DNA of 63,206 nucleotides, the filler included, from Choristocarpus tenellus KU-1152 (taxonomy: Eukaryota; Protista; Phaeophyceae), in assembly GCA_964200185.2 (NCBI GenBank). It is 9 parts of 9 records of this genome, joined end to end, with 100 filler letters (N's around TTAATTAATTAA, not from the genome) between each part and the next. Parts side by side here need not be neighbours in the genome. Positions count along the whole stretch, not along the records: positions 1 to 15,132 come from CAXNAD020001049.1; 8 more parts are not named here. One strand, given 5' to 3'. Shown one piece after another: positions 1 through 12,500 of the stretch. The notes under the pieces are model-generated. The model had not been told where the DNA came from. It saw nothing but the letters and a program-made list of their open reading frames with translations, and made no database searches. The first letter of the stretch is position 1, and the number at the start of each line of letters is the position of its first letter. The position numbers and the translations under genes were made by a program.

Positions 1-180
1 CTATCGTGTTTGTTAGGAAGTGGCAATATCCGTGTTCCGGACACACCTTTTCATAAGGTACACATTTTTCCTACTCCAAAACATTTTGAAGTAGGAAAAT
101 GTCATTAAAAAACCTATGGGATGCCAAGCCCCAAATGGACAAGCAGGGCAAAACTCGTACCCTCGAAGACACTTTCACTC
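1..180 (-). mobile_element. MITE family A, copy cut by the window start
   Basis: Matches family A in reverse orientation and ends in the TIR taccctcgaagacactttcactc. Confidence 0.85.
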
Positions 181-516
181 ATAAGATATGTGAAAGCATG
201 TAAGCAACATCTTTTGGTTTTTGGAATTGACAGTAGAACAATAATTAGCGAATCAAATATTCGAACTTGATTATCTAATTCTTCATGGCCATGAGATTAA
301 CACTACCCGATCAACTATACCCTGAAGTGTATTTTTTTCCTTCTCACCAGCTCTTCTCAAAGGTATTCTTTTACTCCCTCACCAACACCTCCGCCTTCAT
401 ACGCCCTCTATACAAAATCTCCCCTCCTACCATTCCTCTTTACTTGATCTCATTTTGTTCAGCTCTTCTCAACATAGTTTTGAAAGGATTGATCACCCAC
501 ATGTTGTTGCCCTTAC

Positions 517-3500
517 CACTGGTGCAGACATGTGGACCTGAATGTCAATGTCCTCACCAACACTGTACACACCATCTGGTTTGGTAGAGTTGACCTGTTC
601 ACATTCAGTAGTATTGATATTCCTTGGCGTTAAATAGGGCTGCACAAGAACAACAGGTGGTTGTATGGGTGAGGAGCAAAGTAATTCACAGCGCTGTGAT
701 GGTGTTGATGTAAGAGTAAGATCTAGCGAGGAGAGAATTCCTCATTCAAGATATAACCATAGGTAATCAGTCAGCTATGAACGTACTCCCGGTCATACTT
801 TGTACTCCGAAGTAGAAACATGGAATGTTGTCCCTATGTTGTCAAGGGTGCAAATTTCGTCAGTACTCTTTTCATAACACACAACACACTTCTGCTGCGA
901 TAAGTGGAAGACATTATCATTCCTGGCAGAGGGAAGCATACCATGGTGTCAGGATAAGTTGAGATACAAGGAAAATTCTTGGAGTAATTAGCAAGGGATA
1001 TAGCCTTGATGTTCAGAAATAGAAAACGTTCCCTAAGTTATATTAATGTTTTAGAATGTGAAAACCTTTGGTTGTTCTGTACATGGGAAGAAGTCCAACG
1101 AGTTTTCAAGTCAAACCCAACTCTCGGCGCCCTGTACTCCCTCCATACCATGCTTTGTACGTGACTCTTATGAGGAGCCGATGATACCTGTTTTCTGTCA
1201 TGTATTTGGAGTGTTAGAGTCATTGCTGGATGCAAATCATTTGCATTGTTCATGAGAAGATACCGCTCGACAATACACAAACGCACACCCACACAAAACT
1301 CTGCTGCTGTTTGCTTCTGACTACACAGCCCTCCATCACAGGACGAATGGAATAGAACTAAGATATAATAGTGTGGGCCACTATTCTTTCACGAGAGAGA
1401 GTGCAACTGATATAGGATTGGATGCAAAATAAACATAATTTGAGCAATACGACTTCCAATCAAAATGGAGATCATCTTGGGAGAAGCAGTGTTCACCTTG
1501 GAATTCTCATACAAGAGCCTAGATCTAGGAGTTATTGATGGGTCATACCTCTTTCATTCTATTTGAGACTCCTATATGCCCCTCACCATTCTTGTTTCAA
1601 TTCAAATCACATACGTTGACAGTAAAACAGTTCCTCAAGGTGTTTAGGGCAAGTGAAGGGCCAGCGGAAGGGATGTCCTTACCCCAATGATTTGAAGGGT
1701 GCTTGTGTCTATTATAATGTCAGCAGAATAGCCGAGGCTTCCCTCTGTTCCCCTGTGAGGAACCGTCAGATTGGCGGCTGTGGTTGGTGTGTTACTGATG
1801 CGTCGGATATCAGCTCCACTCAGGGCATTTGTGGATTTTAAGTCTAGGTCACTAGAGCCATCTCCATCGATAACCTGTGAGAGAGGATGGGCAGAGTGGG
1901 AGAGATACAGTATTCTAAATTCACATGATATGTTGCCAGAGGTTAGGACTATTTCCATTTGTCACGTACAAGGGAGGGTGGTAAACTTGGGCAATGAGCG
2001 CTATTCCATGCAAATCGTTCACAAAACTGGACTGATCTAAGCTCTACTTGTCACAGGTGGCACGTGCTAGTCGTTGAAAACATACAACCACTTCATTCCC
2101 AAAATATTCCATATTTTACCAGAAGAACCCCTCCAACCACTGAACTTCTGGAGCAGTCCAATCCATGTGGTGACAAATTGAAAAACAGCACATTCCTACA
2201 GCTAAACGTACACGAAAATCACTCTGAACAATACCCTCACATGTTTCGAGAAAATAGTCATCTTTCAAGTTTTTCTTGTAACATGTGAGGGGACACAGCA
2301 AAGTAAAAGAGTGGTAAAAGTCTGCCTTGTCGCTGAACCCAGGCTGGATTGTTTGAAGAATATAAACATGAAACTGATTTATATATTCCCCAAGGTGGGT
2401 GATGCGCTCCATTCCAGATCACTCAATTCCTCCCTCATTATCTCCTCGTCTTCACCATCTGTGTCAGTCTATTTTGCACCTTGTATGAGAAGACCAGTTC
2501 TGATGTTTGGTTCCCCCTCGCATATGTTGCATTCCGATCCCCGTTCATTCCACTAATGTCAAGGTCAACAGTGGCCATTACAGGAGTTAAATTGGTATCA
2601 TTTCCTCTGTAGAGAACTACAGGAGCGCTGAATGCCACCACCACATCAATCTCAGCCCCGACTGTATATGTGCCATTCGCTCGGGTGGTTGAGATAGATG
2701 TAACACTTGGAGGAGTTGTATCCACTGAGATGTTAGAGGAATAACTTAGGCTTCCGGGCTCTCCCGGTGTTGAGAGGGTGGCATTGACGTAAGAGGTTGA
2801 GTACCTGACACGACATTGGCGAGGTAGAGTCAAAATGTTGTACAGGGAAAGGGGCTGGGCATACGTTGAATGAAAGTGGATATGAATGTAGGGAAGGAAA
2901 TTGGGTTAAGTTGTTTGAGTTGATCGCCATAGGGTCGAGTTGAGGATTTGGTTGTGGTTTTGAGGGGTGACTATGAGTCTGGAAAAAATATGAAGATGGA
3001 GAGGAACAGTCTCCTATTGGTAGGCTCCCCAAATGCGTCTGTGAACTGGAATATAAAACAATACTCCGGTCATATTTTACTGAAGAATAAGCTCCTTCCC
3101 AGACCCAATTTTTAATGTACTTTTCTCTTCCATAAATCTACCTCCTTCTCACGTTGTGTTGAGACGAACAGTGCCATTGAGGGCCGACGTAGAACTATAG
3201 TCGAGTGAAGTTGTATCATGACCCTCTTGGACTATGTAGGCGAACATGAGTGCATTGGTATCAGGGTCATACCCAGAGAACTCAACCGCAAAACCTAGAG
3301 GGGGCAGAAAGTGTGGTAAGCTGCACTGAGTATCGTATAATTGGCGTTTATTTGAGGTTCAGCCAGGTGGGAGGTAAAAATTCTTGTTAACGACTTTTAA
3401 AGCAGCAACGAGAACTAACCAATCATCACCAAGAACATTCTGAGTGCATAATGAAATGATTTATACTCCGCAGTATAACTTGAGTTTTCCACACCTCCTG

Positions 3501-6500
3501 CCTTTACATTGATGTGAAGGAATGCTGTGGGTGAGTCAAGCATAACTGGAAAGAGGAAACTGACAAAGAGATAGATTGCCTGCCCTACTCCATAGATCCC
3601 ATCTCGAGTCGAGGTCCACACCTTACGGTTTTAAGGGCAGAGAAGGTGAAATGAGGGTGGGTTTAGCATGGAATGCAAGTCAGCTGTATATGGTGATGCA
3701 ATCAAGTGGGCCTGAAAAACAGGGCAACGACCGGAGTGTCGGACAATATCAGTGGGTGGCAATGTAGAAGAGGTATGAACTATCTGTTTACCTATTGGGT
3801 ACTTTGCTTCTGCATCTGTTTTGGGAAGGAAGAGGATAAGTTACAGAGGGTCAGATTAGCAGAGGATGGACAAGACAGGCAGGGCAATGAGGTCCCTGCA
3901 TTACTCTGTTGCACATGAAGATCTCAGTCCCACTTTCTAACTGTCAGTCTGGCTAGCCCCTACATTAGCATGTTTACTCACCCGCTCTACCACAAGGGCA
4001 TCATCTGTTATCTCAATTGCCCTGGAGTAGCTCAGTGAGCCCTCCTCCCCAGGGTTAGATAGGCCCATTAGATACACCGGCTGCAGGGATCCCACTGCAA
4101 GGATAGACCCAAATGGGGCACTGAGGGCAGATGTGGCAGGAGACACATAGTCCAACCGCTTGGTGCTATCCCCTTGATCTACTGTATAGACAAAGGTTAG
4201 CTCCTTAGTACCATTTCCAGATGTATAATTCGCCACGGCGTAGGTGGCCCACCCTATTGCTCCAGTCGTGTTTGCAGAGGAGGTGATGTTGCCGTTGGTG
4301 GTGGATGTGGTGTCGGCCTCAGCAGAAGAATTGGACGGGTCTAGGGCAAGGGCGAGAGACGGTGTCCCATAGAGGACGTATACCTTAAGAGTGGAGAACA
4401 GGTGTTTGTAAGTGTGGGCAGGTGATTGACAAAACAGTGATGGTATGTGTACTGACAGCTAAGTCAACCTTATACCGATGTCGACAGTGTTCAACTCCAT
4501 TGGTCATATACAGTACCTTGTTTGCCATCCTTTGCAATGGTCGTTCTAATCGTCGCTAATTTGGTATGCTTTTGAGTACGCACTTGAAGTAGTTATTGTC
4601 TAAGAAACATAGCTCTGATTAAATATTGATAGAGGTGCCTGAAGAAAAGAGGAAACACCAGGAGAAGGTGAGAGTGAAAGTATCTTAGAGGGTACGAGTT
4701 TTGCCCTGTTTGTCCATTTGGGGCTTGACTTCCCATGGGTTTTTTTATTACATTTTCATACCCCAAAATGTTTCGGAGTAGGTAAATGTATACGTTATGA
4801 AATGGTGTGTCTAGAACAAGGATATTGACACTTCCCAACGAATACAATAGCCAAAATTACATCAAAATCGCAACATCGAATTTTGGTCCCCAAATGGACA
4901 CGGCCCTACCCTCTAAGATGCTTTGGCTCTGATTCTTTCAATGGTCAGTGGCATCTTCAATTCAACAATGCAGAGAGGTTCTGCTACCGACTGCGAGTAT
5001 ATGTTTCCTAATAAATTCGAAACTTACGGCATTACCTGTTTAGTTCTTCAAAGATTACACAAATCAATATCAAAATGTATATTAGGTTCATCCTATTAAC
5101 AGTTGAGCAGTCGTTGATTATAAACATGTCATAAAGAAGTGAACACGTCAACTTAGAGAGTAAAGAGGACCACACACAGTGTTGGATGCTCAAGAACCCA
5201 ATACTGTGGATACCTCTAGGTTCTTATGTCCTAGAAGGAGTCAAATCACTCACCTCAACAGAGAAGGTAACAACAATAGGAATTGCACTCCCCCAGGGAT
5301 ACGCCCCATCTTCTATTGGGCTGTCCACACTCATGGCTCTGATAGCACCAGTCTGGATGGCCACCTTGTCACCCATAGCTATGATGCTGAACTGACCTAG
5401 CACTGTTAGTGGATCCCCTGGGGGTGGGAGTACTAGATCTGCATCCTGAAGTTAGTGGGAGCGTGTTGGTAGAGTCGTCAATGAGAAAAGGTAGTATAAT
5501 TGACAGGGTTCTGTCATTGGGTAACGAGGTATTGAGTTGTCACACTTCAAAAAATAACTAAGGAAATTCTACATGACCGTGAGACAGATTGAGGTTTGGG
5601 TGGTCCATTGCGAAGGAGGAATGTTGCAGTTGAGAAGAAGCTGAAAATGAGACAATCACAAATAAGTATTCGTTGTCCAACTGGAAACCTCTGCGATTTA
5701 AGGTTGCATGGTGTAGAGCAAACAGAGTGTTAGTTATTCCTTGAGATCTATCAGATTGAGAGTTGCTGGTCTATAAAGGCCCAAATGACAAGAGGATAGA
5801 AGATATTCCCTACTACGCACCCAGAGGATTTTGCGCAGTGAGGAACTGTGTGGTAATACTTTGTATGTAATATTGTACAAGGTATGTTGTCAAAGCCTTA
5901 TATACACAGGCGGTAACACACAAGTGAGTGCAGCATGATAGCAAGACAACACGATGGGGTCACAGGACAACAGCGACAACAGCTGAGCAGTCTGAGCTGT
6001 ATATGTAGAGATACGTTTGCTGTGCTGCAAAATGTAGGCAGAAATTTAGTGCAAGTTTTACTGCAATGAAACTTGTGACCTCGTTGCACAATCTATAGGC
6101 AAGTACAGATAGTGTGACGATAGGATCCTATGAAGCTTAGTAAAGGATGACCCAGAGTATTTTAGAGGGTAGGAATTTTGCCCTGTTTGTCCGTTTGGAG
6201 CTTGACTCCCCACGGGGTTTTATGCCCTTTTTCAGTTTTCGGTGCGAACACAGTTACCTAAAATGTGTACGACTATGAAAGGTGTGTCCGGGGCAAGGAT
6301 ATTGACACTTGCTAAGAAACACCATAGCCGAAATGAATCAAAATTGCAACACTGGATTTATGACCCCGAATGGACGCAACCCTACCCTCTTAAATGCTTA
6401 GGGTCGGATCTCTGTAACGTTTTCTTGGACAAAACTTCAGTCCTTACTGGCTGCGAAGGAGAGACAGTATGGTCAAGGACTCCCACAGCAGAGAGTAGTT

Positions 6501-9500
6501 TACTCCTAAATATACCTCCACAGCTAAACAACACTCCCACTGCTCCTGGGCAAGGTCCTGCACATGATAGCCAAGGATATCCTGTAGCCTAAAGGTTACC
6601 CTTGAGCTATGCATCGATTCTGTGCATGCTACAATATTTTTCTACACAAATATATCTGAAGAGACTTTGATGCAACCAACAAAATGTCAATCTCCAATTG
6701 AATAATTGAATGGAGAACAATGCAAGGAGAAAAATTGTGCCACTTTATCTATGTTTTGTAGCGAGTTGGTAGGTCTGACTGACCTGAGTAGGAACAGTCG
6801 CAGTTCGCTTGATAGCAGCACCACTCTTCTCCAGTGATTGCTGCCAGGTCTGAAAGAGGATGAGAGAGGCTGAGGACTGGTAGTCCAGCAGCTCTGTGTA
6901 GTCGCCAAATTGAACCTAGAGGGATAATAATGAATGAGAGAGTATCACAATACATATTATTTTGCACATTGGTGATAAGTAGGCCACGGGGACAAAGTTA
7001 ATTCAAGGCAGTACATAGCTGACGCCCATGGGAGTGATATTGCCTCTGCCCCTTTTCACCTGCGACCCTCCTCTTGGTAGCAGTGGGTCATATCTCACCG
7101 TGTACACAAAGGAAAATGTATCAGTGTTGTTTCCTTCGAAGTATGTGGCCCTTGAAGCATCCGTTCCAGAGCGCATTCCACGACCAGTGTTGAGTACAAG
7201 AGATGGAGTGGCATCGTCCTCTCCAAATAGGGTCACCGCCTGAGAAAATAACACCAGTAGGATAAGGTTGTCACCTGTGCTATAAACCCCATCCGGGCTT
7301 GCTACAGTCACAGCTGTCACATAGGGGGCCTCAGTGTTGAGGACGATCTGCTTGCCATAAGATGCACTACCCTTGATGCTGGGAAGTGGGAGAAAGAGAA
7401 GTGTATCTGTCTTGGGCCTGGTTGACGCTGCTTTGATCTATCCATCCCAGTTTCGAACAGGAGTGAAGAGTCAACAGTGAGTAGAGAAAATACAGGGGGA
7501 AGCGTGTGGGCAAGGTGAAGATTCATAGAAGAGGAGCATCATAGATGGCACTGTAATGCATGCAGTCGGTGTAGGTTGAAATGAATGGATAATTAGACAG
7601 GTTTGTCCTTAAATAAATGGAGGAGTTGGGACTGGGCAGGATGAAGGGAGAATTTTGTCGCACAGTAGTAGATTATATTTGGGGAGAACAGGTGGCTCTC
7701 TCTGGTGGAATAATTGCTTCTACCAGCATAATAGAAGATATGACCATCTAAACCAGGGAATAGGGGGCACTTCTCCATATGATGAGTATGTCTGCTGTTG
7801 TTGAAAGTTGTCCTGTCGTATCTCCCCAGCTCTAACCTGACTCTAGCTCTGATTTTGACCCTAGTCCATTTCGTGACTCACCCTCATCTTAAAGTATCAT
7901 TCAAATCCACTTTCCGTTCCACAAACATATATCTTCCTATATCCTTACATGAACCCGGTGGCTGTTTAGCATACCTCTGCTGCAGGGGGCCTGACAAGTG
8001 CTGTTGAGAAGCGTTGGCGCTTTGTCGTGCGTGTGTCCAGATAGTCAAAGGCATCAGCTTCATCACCCTCCTTCACCACATAGCGAAACACCAGTGTGTC
8101 TGTCATGTTCCCCTTGAAGTATTCAGCCTGATGCAGAGAGTGAGATGGATCAAGACTCAGAAGAAGATAGAACCCTTGAACGCACGCCTCTACGTCCCAC
8201 AAAATGATTTCAAAGTTAGCCAGAAACCCCTAGGCACTTCTCCTACCTCCTGCAGCAAATAACACCAAAATAGAAGGGCACACATATCTCAAAGACACTG
8301 GCAAAGAGAAACAAGATGGGAAGATCATGTCACTTCGAACATTTCTTCAGCTAAATGATCTGTATCATCCAGCAAGAATGCTTGGCCCTCAATGCATACA
8401 GCCTGGGCTGAAGGGTGCCATGTTCTCCTCCTAATCCCAATAATTGGCACAACAGTGGTCCCACACACTCAACTCAAATGACCTCAATTCAGGATAGGAA
8501 GAAACAACACTTGCCTTGGAATCCCCGTCGTGCCCACCTCCAGCCCCAACCAGCAGGTGTGGCAAGCTGTATGAACCCTTGACATAGATACGGGTAGTGA
8601 AAGACACCTCAAAGTCAATTTCATGACCTACACCGTAGGACCCATTTGCTGTTCCAGGGACTGAGACGGACATGACAGTAGGCACGATATTCCCATCTAT
8701 ATGAATGTGCTTACGGGAACCCAGTGTGTCAGCAGACCATACTGCAGGCAGGGTAGGATCAGCATCAGATTCCAGGTCATAGAGAGAACGCACTGCAGAG
8801 GGAGAGTCGGTGTTGGTAGTAGGGAGGTAGAGGGCGTTGGTGCCATCGTAGTCCAAGTTGATGGTGTGATCTCCAGTCTGTCAGGGTATGGGAGGACAGA
8901 ACTTGTAGTGTGAGTATTATGAGAACAAGAGAGGGACATACCGAAGAGAGGAAGGAGCAGGGTGTAAGATGAGAAGCAGAGAGAGCATAGAGAGGTAGAT
9001 TGAGAGGTGAGAGGGAAAAATAATGGACAGGGCAACATGATAGTCAGCTGCTTTAGATATATAGCTGGACAGTCAAGAACTTGAAAAAGAGAGCAGATTA
9101 GCTATGAGATATTGGAGATGAAATATGGCGAATAGATGAAGAGAGACTTCCTGTAGTTGAGATAACCTTAGGTTACCTCCACTGCTTGAGGCTTGACTTA
9201 ACAGATACTATGCCTTCACGTTGGATGACTACGCTGATACAAGTGTGATCAGGTTGGTCAGGTTGATCAGATTCTACCATCTACCCAACAAGGTGGTTGC
9301 AGTTTGTCTCCCCAAAGTTGACCTGGGTCTTGCAAGTGATTCTGTACCTGGATAATGTACTCAAATACAAGGGTGGATGTACCAGAACCGGAGATGTAGA
9401 CAGCACGCCGGTTATAGAAAGGAGCATCTCCAACTCGGATGGTAACCATCGGTTCTCCAATCACAACAACTTCATTGCTGTAAACGACCTGGGAGGCGGA

Positions 9501-12500
9501 TCCAAGTAAATTTGAGCTAGTAGACGAAACTGCACAAGTCACAAAAGTCATAAACTGGAAGTAAGCAAAAGTTCTTCTCTACAGTTCTCACTCAAATCAA
9601 CAACCAAGTTGTGTGGGAGCGACTTTCTCGTTCCTACATACTTATACTTGAAGTAAGCGCTTAGGCATATTCATCCAGTTCATCTCAGCAAAATAGATAG
9701 AAAACTAGCAGTGCGTTGGGTTGAGTGAGGAAGGGCATACTTCAACTACTTGCAGGCACATTGTGGTGACCAAACACATACAAGTAAGCTACTTGAAGTT
9801 TCCAGAGTTTAGAACTCATTGAGATGTGCTCACTGAAATTTGTGTTCCATGAATGTAATCTTTATCACTAAGAAAATATTACAGGCTTGCTCCTTGCTAT
9901 GTGCATCTGGATATATGCTACCTGCGAGCGGGCATGTGAGGGGTTTCCTGTCTGTCTCTTATGTGGATACAAATGGAGTAACAAGAAGCAAAAGGACAGC
10001 AACAACAACGTGCTGGGATAGAAATATATACTGAATTATTCCCACGACCATAGGGGTTGAATGACAAAATTAATGGGAAGTCTGCCAGAAGTTGGGTGGG
10101 ATACGAAGCAGCTACGTGTCATGTCAACAAGAGTTGTTCTACAGCACAAAACAGGGATCGAGCCCTCTCATGGCAGAGGGAAAATTGTGCTGTACGTTTG
10201 AGCTATCTCACAGGGAATAACTTTTGAGAGTGACTATGAGTTTTCGCATCAGAATTTGCATGATTCCTGTCGCTCTCAGACAGATAAAACACTCATCATT
10301 CTGCTTCGAAGGCACTGCAGAATATATATATATATATATATATATATATTCGGGATATCATGCCAGAGATGTAACAAAGTTGTATGGTGCTTGGGAAAAC
10401 TCAGAGAAGCACTCTGGGGAAAGGATTGAAGAAATAAGCAAAGAAGACTTCAGTCAGAGTCCATAGTAGTGCTTCATCAAAGTAATGTCCTTCTGATGCC
10501 ACAACAGACCACTACCTAATGGATGGACGCCTAATATATGGAGTGAAAGGGGACATGGGTCTGTGTGTGTGTGCACCATGAGTATAACAAAGGAAGACTT
10601 CAACACTACATAGAACAGAACTCTATCGTGGAGTTCTGCATAGGAGTACTTGTAGTACATTGACAACCTGAGTTGATAGTTGTCATAGCATGTAAACACA
10701 TGTTACACCATAGAGCAGGATAATGAAATAAATTATCGTTCTGGAATGCATGAAAAATACAGGACCCAGTGGAGCAACCCGAGCAATCCCCCACCTCTAA
10801 GAAGATGCTCTCCCCCACATAGTATACCCCATCGTCATTGCTAGCGGTCACATGCAGCACAGTATTTGATGTGTCCACCACCACAGCATTGCTCTCGTCT
10901 GTCATTGACAGCTCAGATCCAGGTGCAGGTAGTGTGGTGTTGGCATCAACACCACTTTTGTCCTCCACCACTGTGGTATTGACCAGTAAAACGGCATTGA
11001 CACCAGAGTATGATAAGTCTTGGGAGGTATCACCCGGGGCAACTGTGTAGAGGAAGTTGAGGAAGTCAGTGTAGACTCCTGCAATGGATGTACAAGGCGT
11101 CTTTGTTTTCGATGTGGAGCCAGTGATGAGTTCCAGGTATGGCTCCCCACCAGTGTAGCGAATCTATAATAGGAGGAGATCGTGGGCAAGAACAGTACAC
11201 AAACGCCCCGCATAAAAGAGGTGTGAAAATGAGCAAGGGGAAGTTGGGAGGAGCATGACCATGACCAAAAATAGGGAGAGTCGGTCCTCAGGTCCATGGG
11301 TGCAGTGGAAGCTAATGCAAGAGCAAAACGATCCTTTCAGGCAATTAACTGACAACTAATATCAGGTGTATCAACAACTATGATGGGCAAGGGGTGAGTT
11401 ATCCCCATCCTGCACCGCCTATCACTCTACGCCCCCAAAACACACCTGGCGGGTGAAGTGCAATGAGACCGTAGTCTCATCCCCGATGCCCAATGTACCC
11501 GACGAAGGGAACCTCGTCACATTGTGCACAAACGTTGCCTGGAAAGGGGTGCGTGGTGTGTTTCAAACATTAGTAGAGTGTTCAAAGGTCAAGGAGAGAG
11601 GGAGACAGTCATACATGAAAAGTGGAAAGAAAAGAAGCATATGAATTTGAAGTGCAGTGTAATTATCATGGATCAATAGAGTGCCAGGGATTGGCACATA
11701 GGTGGAACTTGTTCTCCAGAGGATAAAAAAATTGATGGAGACAAGGAGCACCCTCCTGAAAGTGGTGCAGGTCTAGACTCCTTCCACACTCCAGGTAGCT
11801 ACATTATTTCAGGCATAGTTCTACCTTGCCTTCATTAAGAAAACTTCATCTTGCTGCTGTTAATGTTGAAAATTCATTATCAAAAGAATGTGGGTAAAAG
11901 ACAAAGTCAGCATCCCCGGGGCTATGGCTTACTTGGTCTGCTGCACTGATGGTAACGTTGCTGTGATGACTGAGACTTCCTCCTTCTCCTGGTTTTGGTA
12001 GGACAAGCGTAGCTGCCGTCAAGGGATTTGAGCTGGACCTTCGGATGTCTCCAGTGAGGGACATTTTGTTGCGGTATCTGTAGGAAATTGTGACGACACA
12101 GGAGTGCTGTATAGTCAAGTTCTCTCAATGCGAAGTTTTGAATATACAGAGAGTGAAAGTATCTTAGAGGGTATGAATTTTTCCCTGTTTGTCCGTTTGG
12201 GACTTGGCTTCCCAGGTTTTTAATGACATTTTCATACTCCGAAATGTTTCCATAAATCTATGAAACGGTGTGTCGGAACAAGGGTATTGACACTTCCTAA
12301 CAAGCACGATAGCCAAAATTACATCAAAATCGTAACAGTGGATTTTGGCCCCCAAACGGACACGGCTCTACCCTCTAAGATACTTTGACTGTCTAATATT
12401 GAAGGACACACTAATTCGGTGCACTGGGGAACCCCCCTGTCTTTGAGAACTCCCACTGTCTTCAGAAACCACAACTGTAATGTCCTTTCCATATCTTCGA

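Noticed and set aside
6145-6409. 4-bp TSD (GGAT; also CGAT at 18322) implying a Sola-type MITE
   Set aside because: Most copies, and the empty-site comparison at 49151, fit only a 3-bp TSD.
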